This document shows positions 17,047-26,581 of a stretch of DNA of 32,309 nucleotides, piece by piece. A program made the position numbers and the translations under genes. The stretch is from a virus (taxonomy: Duplodnaviria > Caudoviricetes). Numbering within the stretch: position 1 is the stretch's first letter; every line of letters begins with the position of its first letter. The stretch is from positions 1 to 32,309 of the IMG/VR virus record IMGVR_UViG_3300024284_000079. One strand, given 5' to 3'. The notes below the pieces were generated by a model. The model was given only the letters and a program-made list of their open reading frames with translations. It had not been told where the DNA came from and searched no databases.

Positions 17047-17907
17047 CTAGCCGCCCTTGATGGCGCTGAGCTCGAGCTCGACGCCCCAGTCGGCGCCGTC
17101 GAGCTCGCCCTTGTGCGCGGTCGTGTCGACTCTGTAGAGGCCGGTCACGTGGCGGCTCTTGAGCTCGACGCGGCGGCCAGGCCATAGGCCGGGGACCATG
17201 AGGGCCTTGGCCTTTACGCTCTTGTCCTTGCCCATTTCCGGGCTGTCGACGAGGCCGGTGGCTGGGTTGAGGGCGATCGGGGCGTCGGCGGTCGCGGCGT
17301 TGAATGCGAGAAACTGCAGCTGGCCGTCTTGGACGGAGAAGGTTAGGCCGCACGCTCGAGCGAGCCGCTCGAGCTGCTCGATGGCGCTGCCTGACGCGGT
17401 ATAGCCGGCGGGGGCTGTGCGCATGCCGGTCGAAAGAAACGCCGCCGAGGCGGCGACGTGGCCGAGGTTGCCGAGGCCGAGGCCGAGCTCGGTGGCGATG
17501 CTCTCGAACATGGCCGGGATGTTTGCGCCGGCGGGGTAGGTCTTTTGAATGCGCTTGGTCTTGCGCTTGGTGCCTCCGTCGTCGCTCGTAACGGTGGTGA
17601 TCCACTCGTTGCCGTCGCGCGTGCTCCATGCCTCGGCGAGGTCGCCTCGAAAGATGGTCGAGGCGCCGGCGGCATAGCCTGCGTCGAGCGACACATACAC
17701 GTCGCGCTGTCCCTGCAATGCGCCGCGGCTGTCGGCGGCGAGGTTGTAGATGTCGATTTCGCAGGTGTTGGCGACCTTGGCCGACAGCGAGCGCTTGACG
17801 GTGAACCGCACGTTGAGGTCAGTGATGGCGCGGTCGAGTACCTGCAGCCGATAGCGGCGGTCGAACAGGTCGACAAAGTCGGTGTAGCCTGTCGGGTTGT
17901 CGGGCAT
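17047..17907 (-). CDS. Baseplate hub protein
   Basis: ANTCEIDIYNL...LDAGY...IFRGD...SVQDGQLQ...TGLVDSPE. Position before the spike. Confidence 0.85.
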   Translation of the reverse strand: MPDNPTGYTDFVDLFDRRYRLQVLDRAITDLNVRFTVKRSLSAKVANTCEIDIYNLAADSRGALQGQRDVYVSLDAGYAAGASTIFRGDLAEAWSTRDGNEWITTVTSDDGGTKRKTKRIQKTYPAGANIPAMFESIATELGLGLGNLGHVAASAAFLSTGMRTAPAGYTASGSAIEQLERLARACGLTFSVQDGQLQFLAFNAATADAPIALNPATGLVDSPEMGKDKSVKAKALMVPGLWPGRRVELKSRHVTGLYRVDTTAHKGELDGADWGVELELSAIKGG

Positions 17908-17916
17908 GCGTGCGCC

Positions 17917-18243
17917 TCACCACTGGCCGTCGTCGAGGTAGTAGAGGCGGAAGCGGTCGCCCATGGCCTCGAGCGTCGGCTTGGCGTGCTCCTCGCGGAG
18001 GTCGATGAAGTACATTTCGCCGGACGGCACTGCTGGGTTGTAGTGGTAGCGATAGAGCAGGGGCCACAGCGTGACGAGGCGCAAGCCACGTAGCAGCTCG
18101 TTGCCGGCGCTGTCGGCCATGTCGAGGTACCAGGCGGCGCCTCGCTGGTTCCATCGGACTCGGAGGCTGTAAACGCTCGCGCCGAGCTGCACGCGCTGCG
18201 TGGTGTCGGGGTAGGGCGTGGTGACGATGCGAGTGGCGGTCAT
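17917..18243 (-). CDS. Small baseplate (plug-like) protein
   Basis: Start MTATRIV at 18243 (TAATG overlap). YSLRVRWNQRGAAWYLDM motif is typical at this position. Confidence 0.78.
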   Translation of the reverse strand: MTATRIVTTPYPDTTQRVQLGASVYSLRVRWNQRGAAWYLDMADSAGNELLRGLRLVTLWPLLYRYHYNPAVPSGEMYFIDLREEHAKPTLEAMGDRFRLYYLDDGQW

Positions 18244-19100
18244 TATTGGCCGGGTGCGGGCGGCGCTAGCAGGTTGCCAATGGCGCTGCCGGTGGTCGTG
18301 TCCTTGGCGCCCTGCGGTACCTCGGTTGGCGTGACGGGCTGCGTGGTTTGCGGTCCGCTGTTGAGCGCCGGCTTGGCGCGCACGCTGGCGGGCTTGGGCG
18401 GGCCGGCGAGGCCGGTCTGTGACTTGACGACACGTATCACTTCGCACGTCGCGGAGAAAAACAGGTTCGAGCCTCGCGACGCATCGCGCTCGATTTGCAG
18501 GTCGGTCAGCACACAGTTTTCGTACATGCGAAACGCGGTCACGACTTGGATCGGCTGCCGGGCGAGGAAGGTCGCGCGCAGCGCATCGGCGACCGTTGGT
18601 GCGCGCTGCACGTCGCGCGACAGCCGGCCGCCGAAACCTGCGATCGGGTCCTCGCCCCATCCCATGAGCGGGCCGATGGCGTTGAACTTGCGGTTGGCGA
18701 TGCTGTAACCCTTGGGGAGGTTGCGCGAGGCGTTGAGGGCGTCGCCGATGATCGGCACGAACGTGAACAGGCCTAGCGCGGGCTCGCCCTCGAAGGGGTG
18801 GCTGACGGTGCCGACTTGGGTGCTGCGCTGGATGCGGTCGCCGTTGGCATCGGTCAGGAAAAACGAGCCGTCTTCGTACACAGCGCCGCTCGTGTGTGAG
18901 TAGGGCTGCTCGATTGGCGTGTTGGTGACGATGCCCTCGAGCTGCAGCGAGTCGGGCATGACGCGCACGTGGTCGGTGACGTCGGCGCCCTCCTCGACAG
19001 CGTGCTTGGTGCACGTGCCGGTGAGTGAGTGCGCCTCGCGCACGCTGCAATCAATCCAGATGCCGCCGATCTCGAGGTGTGTGACTTCGCGCGCGAGCAT
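18243..19100 (-). CDS. Tube initiator / Dit-like baseplate protein
   Basis: Start MLAREV at 19100 (TGATG overlap). EAHSLTGTCTKHAVEEGADVTDH and VVTAFRMYENCVLTDL motifs. Confidence 0.82.
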   Translation of the reverse strand: MLAREVTHLEIGGIWIDCSVREAHSLTGTCTKHAVEEGADVTDHVRVMPDSLQLEGIVTNTPIEQPYSHTSGAVYEDGSFFLTDANGDRIQRSTQVGTVSHPFEGEPALGLFTFVPIIGDALNASRNLPKGYSIANRKFNAIGPLMGWGEDPIAGFGGRLSRDVQRAPTVADALRATFLARQPIQVVTAFRMYENCVLTDLQIERDASRGSNLFFSATCEVIRVVKSQTGLAGPPKPASVRAKPALNSGPQTTQPVTPTEVPQGAKDTTTGSAIGNLLAPPAPGQ

Positions 19101-20863
19101 CAACCAAAGGCCTTTCCGGCGCTCGAGCGCGTGAGTGCCCACTGCAGCCGTCGGCGTTCAATCATGGCCGACTTTGCAGCGGCCTTGGCGGCGTCGGTCG
19201 GCGAGGTGCCGGGGGGCACGTTGATCGTGATGCCGCTCATGTTCACGTTCGTCACGTTGCCGCCGATGGATGCGCTAGGGCCGGGCACTGTGACGCTCGA
19301 CGGAGCGCCGGACATGGCCGGTGCGGCGGCGGATATCGGCGCGGAGGTGAGGGCGTCGGCTGCGTCGCGTGCGTTGCGCTGTGCTTGCTTGGCCTTGCGT
19401 GCGGCCTGTCGGCCATGGATCTCGTCGTAGAGCTCTTTCGTCGCGTCGTCGGTGCGCTCGCCGAACAGTTTGGACAAGCCCTCCGAGGCCGAGCTCGCGA
19501 GGCTGGCGACGATGTCGGCGACCTTGCTCGCGATGATGGCGATCACTTTGCCGACTTTCTCGATGTACGGCCACGCCGCCTCGAAAGCCTCTTTCAGCAC
19601 AGTGCCGAGCGCGCGCATGTTGCTCGCGGTGAGCGCTAAGAGGTGGTTCCAGTCCACCTTGCTCAGCTCGAGCATGAGCGCTGACCATTGCTCTTTGAGC
19701 CATCCCATGGCCTCGCCCATGCTGGCGACGAAACGCTCGGCGGTGCCCTCGCCGAACATAGTGTCCATGAACTGTCCGATCGCGGAGTTGCCGCCGGTGA
19801 ACAGTGCAATGAGGTCGTCGATGACGAGGGCGACAGCGGCGAACGCTGCGGCGGTGCCGACGGCTGCAGCGATGGCAGGGCCGAAGGTTGAGAGCAGGAT
19901 GATGCCGAGCGTGACGAGGGCGCCCTCGATGAGGTGGCTGTGTTTGCTCACGCCCTCGAAGGCGCTGATAGCCTTGTTCGCCCAGGTGACGAGCAGCTTG
20001 CCAGGGCCGAGCAGCTTGAGGCCAATCGAGATGCCAACGTCCTTGATGTGGTCGCCGAGCGCGCGCGAGGCGTTGGCGAAGTCTCCGATCGTGCGTGTGG
20101 CGTCGCCCTGCGCTTTCCTCGTGTTGGCGAGAATGAAGCGGTAGCGCAGCTCGGTCTTTTCCGCGACATTCATCGCGGACAGCTTTTTGTGTATGCCCTG
20201 CGCGTGCGCGTACTCGGCAAGCGTGGCGTCTTGCATGACGATGCCGAACCGCTTGAGGGGCTCGCTCTCGCCGCTGATACCGCTCTTGAGTGCAGTAAGC
20301 GCCTCGTCGTCGGAGGCGTTGAAAAAGCTCGCGAGGTCGACAGCCAGGCCGGCGAACTGCTGCGACATTTCCTGCGCCTTGGCGGCGTTGCCAACCATGG
20401 GGGAGATCATGGCGCCTAGCGCTGCGACGTTGCCCTGTAGCGCGTACTTGGAGCGGCCGAGCTGCTGCCCCATGGTCTCCGACCAGGCCTCCACCTGCGA
20501 CTTGCCAGCGGGTCCGAACACCTCGCCAAGTACGTTGCCGGCCTCGACGGTGCTGCTGGCGAGCTCGACAACGTGCGCGATGCCAGCGACCACAGCGGCG
20601 CCGCCTAGGTACTGCATGAGGCCGGCGCCGAATCCTCCGCCCTCTTTCGGTTTCTTGCCGAGCTCTGAGTTGAGCTTTTTCGACTCCGTCGCCATGGCCT
20701 GCGCGCCCTGCTTGAAATGGGCGCTTGCGGCCGTCGAGGCTTGGTCGATGCCGACGAGGTCTCGCTTGACTGTCGTGAGCTCTTTGTCGGCCTTGGTGTA
20801 GGCCGCCTCGTCCACTTGCAGGCCGAGCTTGGCGACGAGCTCGCGCAGCACGACGGCGCTCAA
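19100..20863 (-). CDS. Tape measure protein
   Basis: VLRELVAKLGLQVD N-terminus, DLASFFN...SGESEPLKRFGI, hydrophobic segments. Follows the chaperones. Confidence 0.9.
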   Translation of the reverse strand: MSAVVLRELVAKLGLQVDEAAYTKADKELTTVKRDLVGIDQASTAASAHFKQGAQAMATESKKLNSELGKKPKEGGGFGAGLMQYLGGAAVVAGIAHVVELASSTVEAGNVLGEVFGPAGKSQVEAWSETMGQQLGRSKYALQGNVAALGAMISPMVGNAAKAQEMSQQFAGLAVDLASFFNASDDEALTALKSGISGESEPLKRFGIVMQDATLAEYAHAQGIHKKLSAMNVAEKTELRYRFILANTRKAQGDATRTIGDFANASRALGDHIKDVGISIGLKLLGPGKLLVTWANKAISAFEGVSKHSHLIEGALVTLGIILLSTFGPAIAAAVGTAAAFAAVALVIDDLIALFTGGNSAIGQFMDTMFGEGTAERFVASMGEAMGWLKEQWSALMLELSKVDWNHLLALTASNMRALGTVLKEAFEAAWPYIEKVGKVIAIIASKVADIVASLASSASEGLSKLFGERTDDATKELYDEIHGRQAARKAKQAQRNARDAADALTSAPISAAAPAMSGAPSSVTVPGPSASIGGNVTNVNMSGITINVPPGTSPTDAAKAAAKSAMIERRRLQWALTRSSAGKAFG

Positions 20864-21120
20864 GACTGCACCTCTGCACGCGCTGCGCGTGCCTTGCGCC
20901 GCTCGAGCTCGTCATACATGTCGAGCACAGCGTGCGCGGTGTAGAGGTCGTCGAGCGACCAGTCGTGACAGATGGTCATTAGGCTGTCGCTGTAGTGCTG
21001 GCTTGTGGCGATTCGGTGGATGTCCCAGTCGAGTCCGTCGGGGATGTCGACGCTGACGCTATCAACGTCTTGAGCTTCGCGAGCAGGTCCCGACTCCCGC
21101 TGCTCGATGCGCCGAAAAAA
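20860..21120 (-). CDS. -1 frameshift extension of the tail assembly chaperone (gpGT-like)
   Basis: Slippery T TTT TTC at 21120-21114. The -1 frame reads ...WSLDDLYTAHAVLDMYDELE and its stop overlaps the tape measure start. Confidence 0.75.
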   Translation of the reverse strand, partial: FFRRIEQRESGPAREAQDVDSVSVDIPDGLDWDIHRIATSQHYSDSLMTICHDWSLDDLYTAHAVLDMYDELERRKARAARAEVQS

Positions 21121-21509
21121 CTGGCGAAATTTGCCTCGAGCGCGAACGCCAGCCACTGCATGTAAGCGTCGTAACGGCCGGCGAAATGCTCGTCGAGGAT
21201 CTTGTCGAGCTGCGGCTCGGCCTCGTGCGAGATGACAACGGCCGTGAAGTGAGCGAGCTGGTCGCTGATTTCGGCGAGGTCTTTTTCGCTGAGCTTGGCG
21301 GCGATGTCGCGGATGGCGTCGGCCGAGCCGAGGGCGAGCGAAGCGGTGAGGCCGCCCTTGGCGTGCAGCACGCCCTCGAGAAACGCAGCGAGGGCGGGGC
21401 CGAAAGTCTTGACGAGCCGCACGAGCATGAGCCGCCCTTGCAGGGCGCCGAGCAGCGTCACCTTGTACTTGTGTCCACAGATGACGCGCTCTTTGATGGC
21501 TCGTGACAT
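20979..21509 (-). CDS. Tail assembly chaperone (gpG-like)
   Basis: Between tube and tape measure. LDEHFAGRY...LAFALEANFASFF. Confidence 0.82.
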   Translation of the reverse strand: MSRAIKERVICGHKYKVTLLGALQGRLMLVRLVKTFGPALAAFLEGVLHAKGGLTASLALGSADAIRDIAAKLSEKDLAEISDQLAHFTAVVISHEAEPQLDKILDEHFAGRYDAYMQWLAFALEANFASFFGASSSGSRDLLAKLKTLIASASTSPTDSTGTSTESPQASTTATA

Positions 21510-21512
21510 GTG

Positions 21513-21950
21513 TTAGCGGCCTCCGAATACGGACGCTCGAGCGTTCGCGAGGTCGATTTTCCACTCGTACACCTGCACAGTTTTGCCAAGCTTGATGCCG
21601 GGCGGGCCGACGATCCACGCACGCGGGCTTGTGACGAGCAGCTTGCCGGCGGTGTCCTTGGCCGCGAACACACCGGCGGCGACGCCGGCGAGCGTTGCGA
21701 TGTCGGTGGTCAGCAGGCCGCTGAGGCGCGTGTTGGCGTCGGCCGTTTGGGCATACTTGAGCGTGACTGTCGCGCTGAAGTTGTTAGTTCGCGTGCGCAC
21801 CACTTCGCCATCGGCGCCGACGTATTTGGTGTACCAGTCTTCACCCCAATCGAGGGAAAACACCTCGTCCTCTGCATATCCGCCGGTGTCGAGCGGCACG
21901 CCATCGAGGTTGATGCTGAGCTCGTTGATGTTCCATGTCTTGAATCCCAT
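21513..21950 (-). CDS. Tail tube protein (DUF3277-like)
   Basis: VGADGEVVR...ATVTLKYAQTADANTRL...AW...YEW. Follows the sheath. Confidence 0.85.
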   Translation of the reverse strand: MGFKTWNINELSINLDGVPLDTGGYAEDEVFSLDWGEDWYTKYVGADGEVVRTRTNNFSATVTLKYAQTADANTRLSGLLTTDIATLAGVAAGVFAAKDTAGKLLVTSPRAWIVGPPGIKLGKTVQVYEWKIDLANARASVFGGR

Positions 21951-21994
21951 ATGTCAGCTCCTGTTAGGCCTAGGCGTGAGGTGTGTGTTGGGGC

Positions 21995-23311
21995 CTAAAC
22001 CTGCACGGTGCCGACAACGCGCACCTTGTGAATGGCGCCGCTGAGGCGGTAGGTGTAGCGCATGTCGGGCAGGATGCGGCCGGCCTTGAGGTTCGGGTCG
22101 ATGGTCTCGATGGCGGGCGCGGTGCTCGAGTACGGCTGCGTACCGTCGATGAGGCCGGCGGCGATGCCGTCGAGGATCTGACCGTGTATCTGCGCGCGCA
22201 CGAGCTCGATGCCGTGCGTGGTGTACGGGATGACGTCGTTGTTGCGCATGAGCGCGATGATGCGGTCCTCGAGCTGCACGTCGAACCAGTCGATTGCAGC
22301 CATGACGTCGAGGTATCGGCCTGACGCAGCTTGGCCGTCGCGCGTGAAGCCGAGGCCCTTGATGCTGATGTAAAAGTTGGCGTGTTTCGCGTGCAGGTAC
22401 TGCCGCGCGTTGCTGTCGTAGGCCTGCATGGTGACGCCGGCGAGGCCCTTGTTGGCGAACGTTGCGGGGCCGGGCAGCTTGGGCAGCATGGCGCCGCTCA
22501 CAGCGGCGGCGAGGTAGTCGGCTTGGTTGGGGTGGTACCACACAGCCGTGCGGCTGTAGGCGGCATTCATGAGCGTGCTAGCGATGTCCGACGAGCCGGT
22601 CGCGGGGATCGCGGAGTCGGCCGAGTCGGCCATGTACAGCACGCGCTCGGCCTCGGCCCATTGCGCGGCGCTCGAGATAGCGGCGGCGCCGGGCGTGAGC
22701 ATGATGAGCGCATACCAGTCGCCGTCAGCCTGACGGATGGCGGCGAGGTCAGCGAGCGGCAGCGTCGAGGGCGCTGCGGTCTGGTCTTGCACGGTGATGT
22801 TCGGCGAGACGGCGGTGAACTGTTGCGAGACTCCCGACGTGTCGCTCGTGACGAGCAGCGAGTCGGCGCCGGCCGCGGTCGCGGTAACGTCGGTGATGGC
22901 GTTGATTGCAGTGATGAGCTTGAGCGAGATGTCGGCTTGCACCTCGGGCGGCGAGCCGGTCACGTCGACAGCGGTCCCGTTGATGGTGATTTTGTAGTGC
23001 GTGGCAGCTGCGGCCGGCGCGAGCGGTGTGAGCTTGAAAACCTGCGTGAACGTGCCGGTGAGCTTGCCCACCTTGACGCTCGGCGGCGCCGGGGTCTGAC
23101 TCTTTATCTTCTGTACCGTGGCGTAGAGGCTGCTCGTGGTCGGCACGTTGAAAGGCGCCTTGGCCATGTCGCTCGCGTTGTCGAAGCTGCGGACGAGCTC
23201 GGGCCAATAGCTATGCACAGCCGCGACTAACGGAATGCCGAAACCGAAAGCGGTGACGGTCGCGTCGGCGACTACAACTGTGTGTTCGATGACTTCGGTT
23301 TCGGTGCCCAT
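21995..23311 (-). CDS. Contractile tail sheath protein (DUF3383-like)
   Basis: FGFGIPL, YSRTAVWYH, PGPATFANKGLAGV, GRYLDVMAAIDWF, IPYTTHGI, GAIHKV. Confidence 0.9.
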   Translation of the reverse strand: MGTETEVIEHTVVVADATVTAFGFGIPLVAAVHSYWPELVRSFDNASDMAKAPFNVPTTSSLYATVQKIKSQTPAPPSVKVGKLTGTFTQVFKLTPLAPAAAATHYKITINGTAVDVTGSPPEVQADISLKLITAINAITDVTATAAGADSLLVTSDTSGVSQQFTAVSPNITVQDQTAAPSTLPLADLAAIRQADGDWYALIMLTPGAAAISSAAQWAEAERVLYMADSADSAIPATGSSDIASTLMNAAYSRTAVWYHPNQADYLAAAVSGAMLPKLPGPATFANKGLAGVTMQAYDSNARQYLHAKHANFYISIKGLGFTRDGQAASGRYLDVMAAIDWFDVQLEDRIIALMRNNDVIPYTTHGIELVRAQIHGQILDGIAAGLIDGTQPYSSTAPAIETIDPNLKAGRILPDMRYTYRLSGAIHKVRVVGTVQV

Positions 23312-23319
23312 GTTTGTCC

Positions 23320-23925
23320 TTACTTGTCGATTTGCCGCTCGGGCACTTGCACGACGGCCGGTGTGTAGACGGTGCCAGCGACGCGCACGTGCTCGATGGT
23401 CCCGATGGTCTCGGGCGTCATGGTGTCAGCGTCACACTCGCAAAGCGTATCGAACGAGTAGAGCAGGCGCAGCTCGAGGCTCGCCGAGCTCTCTTTGCGA
23501 AAGTCGAATAGGCGCATCAAGTCGACGGGCACACCGGGGCCGTCGAGGGCGATGCCGAGCTCGCGGAATAGCTCGACGGTGCTCGGCAAAAAGAGGGCAT
23601 CGCGGATGCGCTCGACGTGTCGAAACGCTCGGCCCCATGGCGTCCCGTCGCGGGTCTGAATGACTATCTGCAGCGTGACGGCACGGTTGCCGACGATCTG
23701 CACGATGGCGTCCTCGCCGGGGCCTTGCGACACGAAGCGTATTTCGTCGTTGCCGAGCGCGATGTCGGAGATGCCGAGGCCGGTCGAGCCGTTGAGGTTG
23801 AGCCGAGCTCGAGGGTAGCCGAGCATTCCCTCGGGCTCGCCAGTCCACACGATGTCGTCGACGGGGATCTTGGCCGTCTTGCCGATCCAGGTCCGCATGC
23901 CGTCAGCGAACGCGCCCCAATCCAT
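23320..23925 (-). CDS. Tail terminator / neck protein
   Basis: Position immediately before the sheath, size and alpha/beta pattern. Confidence 0.68.
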   Translation of the reverse strand: MDWGAFADGMRTWIGKTAKIPVDDIVWTGEPEGMLGYPRARLNLNGSTGLGISDIALGNDEIRFVSQGPGEDAIVQIVGNRAVTLQIVIQTRDGTPWGRAFRHVERIRDALFLPSTVELFRELGIALDGPGVPVDLMRLFDFRKESSASLELRLLYSFDTLCECDADTMTPETIGTIEHVRVAGTVYTPAVVQVPERQIDK

Positions 23926-23929
23926 GCGC

Positions 23930-24394
23930 CTAGCTCTCCGTTCCGAGCTTGTAGGTGATGCTCGCGGTCAGCGTGCCGTGCTCGAACAGCGGCGTAGTGA
24001 TGCCGCCCTTAGCGGCAATCGTCGCGGGCTGCAGCGCCGGGTCGATGTGCGCGAGGATGCGCTCTTTGATGATGCCGACGGTTATCTCGCCGACGAGCGC
24101 GAGCGCGTAGGCCTCGGTCACCTCGCCGAGCAGCACGCGCCGACCTTGCTTGAACAGCATGTCGGCGATCTCTCGTTGGTGCTCGTCGATGGCGTCGCGC
24201 AGGAACGAGCGCTTGGGCACGCCGAGGCCGTACTCGTGATAGGTGGCGAGCTCGACGTTGGTGAGGCCGTCGGCGCCGTGCTGTGCGCCGGCCTCGGCGC
24301 CCTGCACACCTACCTTGACGTGCGGGTTGTCGCTGAGGCCGTGCACGGCCTCGCCGAACGCTGCCCATCCCGTATCTTTGTCGATGACGGTCAT
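23930..24394 (-). CDS. Neck / tail completion (virion morphogenesis) protein
   Basis: Start MTVIDKD at 24394 (ATGA overlap). VKVGV...ATYHEYG..VPKRSFLR...PATIAAKG...PL...GTL..SITY. Confidence 0.82.
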   Translation of the reverse strand: MTVIDKDTGWAAFGEAVHGLSDNPHVKVGVQGAEAGAQHGADGLTNVELATYHEYGLGVPKRSFLRDAIDEHQREIADMLFKQGRRVLLGEVTEAYALALVGEITVGIIKERILAHIDPALQPATIAAKGGITTPLFEHGTLTASITYKLGTES

Positions 24395-24732
24395 AGGACG
24401 AAAGCCAAAGGGGTGTAGGCGCGGTCGAGCTCGAGGCGGCGCCGCTCGTAGATGCTGCGGGCGCCGTCGGGCTCTTTGCTCGGGTCGAGGCGAGCGAACT
24501 CGCCGGCGGGGCTCATGACGAGCAGCTCGGCGCACAGGTACTTGACGCGCATGTCGCGCGCGACGTCGACGAGCTGCATGGTGCCGTCGGGCATGAAGGT
24601 CTCGACGGGATTACCGCCGCCGTACGTCGAAGCGGTGAGCGCCTCGGCGTCGCGCAGCTTCGCGGCGACGAGGTCGCGCTTGCAACGCTCGAACTCCGGG
24701 AACTCGTCGTAAATGGTGGTGACTGTGACCAT
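24391..24732 (-). CDS. Head-tail adaptor (DUF4054-like)
   Basis: EFPEF N-terminal motif, YLCAELL, SIYERR. Synteny. Confidence 0.72.
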   Translation of the reverse strand: MVTVTTIYDEFPEFERCKRDLVAAKLRDAEALTASTYGGGNPVETFMPDGTMQLVDVARDMRVKYLCAELLVMSPAGEFARLDPSKEPDGARSIYERRRLELDRAYTPLAFVL

Positions 24733-24735
24733 GCG

Positions 24736-25002
24736 TTAGGGCATCGGAATGCAGACGTATTTCTGCGACGGCGGCGGCGGGTGGTACTCGGTGAGGGCGC
24801 CCTCGGGTGCGTCAGCTGGCACGACGGGCACGAGCGTTCCGTTGGTGATGAACGTGGCGAACGGTCCTGTGCATGCAGCGGTCGCGGCCTCGAGGTTGTC
24901 GGGGGTGATCGCCACGATGGCGTTTTGCGCGAGCTCGATGAGGTGCACGCCTTGAATCCACAGGCTTCGCTCGAGGGTGTTCTGTAGCGTTGGGTCGGCC
25001 AT
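24736..25002 (-). CDS. Small virion-associated protein
   Basis: In the head operon. Paralogous to the upstream ORF. Confidence 0.65.
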   Translation of the reverse strand: MADPTLQNTLERSLWIQGVHLIELAQNAIVAITPDNLEAATAACTGPFATFITNGTLVPVVPADAPEGALTEYHPPPPSQKYVCIPMP

Positions 25003-25003
25003 G

Positions 25004-25378
25004 TTAGTTCCGTCGTTTGCTGCCGCTCGTGGCGGCGGGGGTTGCGGTGGCTGGCGTCGGGGCGGGCGGCGGCGAGGCCTCGGCGGGCTCGAGCTCGAGC
25101 TCGGCCGCCGGCGGGGCTGTGGGGCCGTCGGTGGTCGGGTTGGTGGGGTTGTTGAGGGCGAGCAGGGCGCCGGGCGCCTCGGCGTCGAAGCGGGCCACGT
25201 CGAGCGTCACGCGCAGCTCGCGGTTGATGACAAGCGGCTTGAGGGCGCCGGCGAGGGCAGCTCGAGCGGCGTCGATGTCGCCGTCGGCGATCGTGACTTG
25301 CTCGAGCGGCGTGAGCATGACGATGCCGCTCGGAGCGAGGAACGACACGAGGCGGGCGGCGGTGTTGAGGATCTGCAT
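25004..25378 (-). CDS. Small virion-associated protein with Pro-rich tail
   Basis: Start MQILNT at 25378. Directly after the capsid gene. Confidence 0.65.
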   Translation of the reverse strand: MQILNTAARLVSFLAPSGIVMLTPLEQVTIADGDIDAARAALAGALKPLVINRELRVTLDVARFDAEAPGALLALNNPTNPTTDGPTAPPAAELELEPAEASPPPAPTPATATPAATSGSKRRN

Positions 25379-25391
25379 GCGATGGTGTGAC

Positions 25392-25427
25392 CTTGTGAGC
25401 TTGTGAGCTTGTGACCTTGCGTTCGAG
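25392..25427. repeat. 8-bp tandem repeat / phased box array after the capsid gene
   Basis: CTTGTGAG CTTGTGAG CTTGTGAC CTTGCGTT CGAG. Confidence 0.8.
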
Positions 25428-25461
25428 ACGGTGGCCGCCGACGGCTGCAGCGGCCGGGCTG

Positions 25462-26535
25462 TCAGATGCCGTCCATGTAGACGGCGCTGAGCGGATACTC
25501 CCAAGCGACGCCGCCGGCGCGAGTCCAGCTGTGCACGTAGAGGGCGAGGTTCTTGGCCTGCGCGGGGAGCTCTTTCGGCGGCTGCGTGAGCTCGAAATGC
25601 ACGTAGGACGGGTCGCGCCGATACCACAGCGCGCGCGAGCCGGTGCCTGCGGCGTCGGCGGTCGCGAGGAAGGTCCACCAGTCGACAGCGGTGACGAAAC
25701 TCGAGCGCTTGAGGTACACCGACAGAATGGTGTCCTCGGGGTCGCTGCCGGCGCCGGTGTATACGGGCGTGTTCTGAATGTATCTAAACTCGCTGAGGGG
25801 GAGAATCAGCGTGTCTGGCGACTCGACGCCCTTGGTAGCCGTGAGGATCGAATCCTCGGCGGCGAGCATGTCTCGCAACACGTCGTCGGGGGTCTTGGTG
25901 CCGGTGCCCCATGCTGACGTTGCGCCGACGGTCGCGGCTGCGATGATCGGCACGTTGGGGTTGTTGAGCAGACCCTTGATGGTCGTGCCGGTCTGGCCGA
26001 GGGCAGCGATGCGCTCGAAACGCTGCTCGAAGCCGCGGCGGACGGCGGCTGCTTCCTGATTCTGGAAGTTGACGCCAGCCATCGAGGCGCGCTCGATGTC
26101 TACGACGCTGTAGGTGTAGCCGAGCGCCCAGGTCGCGATGTCGAAAGACTGCTTTTTCGCGTTCGCGCCGACGAGGCGGATGTCGTCGCCGTAGTTCGCG
26201 ACGAGCTCGGCGATGCCTGCGGCATCCCACATGCGATAGGTCCAGGTCTCAGCGCCGGCGGGCGCTTCCGAGCTCACTGGCACGAACTGACGCCACTTGA
26301 GCGCCGGGCGGTGCACCTCGCGAATGCGCTGCGAGATGTACTCGAGGTCGCGGCCGAACAGGGCCGTCTCATTCGCGTCGAGGCGAGCGATGCCGTACGT
26401 GCTCGCACGCGTGTGCGCCATGGCGCGCACGAGGTTCGCGAACTGTGTGGGGTCGAGGTTTTGACCGATGTCGCGCAGCTGGGTCTCGAGGTGCTGCGTG
26501 TCGAGACGGGCGAGCGCATTGTGACTTGGCAACAT
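25462..26535 (-). CDS. Major capsid protein (DUF2184/encapsulin-like HK97 fold)
   Basis: LGYTYSVVDIERA, GLLNNPNVP, PDTLILP, RTGG-like RAGGVAWEYPLSAVYMDGI C-terminus. Confidence 0.92.
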   Translation of the reverse strand: MLPSHNALARLDTQHLETQLRDIGQNLDPTQFANLVRAMAHTRASTYGIARLDANETALFGRDLEYISQRIREVHRPALKWRQFVPVSSEAPAGAETWTYRMWDAAGIAELVANYGDDIRLVGANAKKQSFDIATWALGYTYSVVDIERASMAGVNFQNQEAAAVRRGFEQRFERIAALGQTGTTIKGLLNNPNVPIIAAATVGATSAWGTGTKTPDDVLRDMLAAEDSILTATKGVESPDTLILPLSEFRYIQNTPVYTGAGSDPEDTILSVYLKRSSFVTAVDWWTFLATADAAGTGSRALWYRRDPSYVHFELTQPPKELPAQAKNLALYVHSWTRAGGVAWEYPLSAVYMDGI

Positions 26536-26581
26536 TGTCTGATGGTCCTTGCGTCGGCTGTGTGGGCGTCGGCGGTGTGGG

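Noticed and set aside
25462-26535. Encapsulin nanocompartment
   Set aside because: The encapsulin-like fold lies within a standard phage head-tail operon.
26551-26580. 15-bp tandem duplication upstream of the capsid gene
   Set aside because: Only two copies with one mismatch, not found elsewhere by eye, and no function can be supported.
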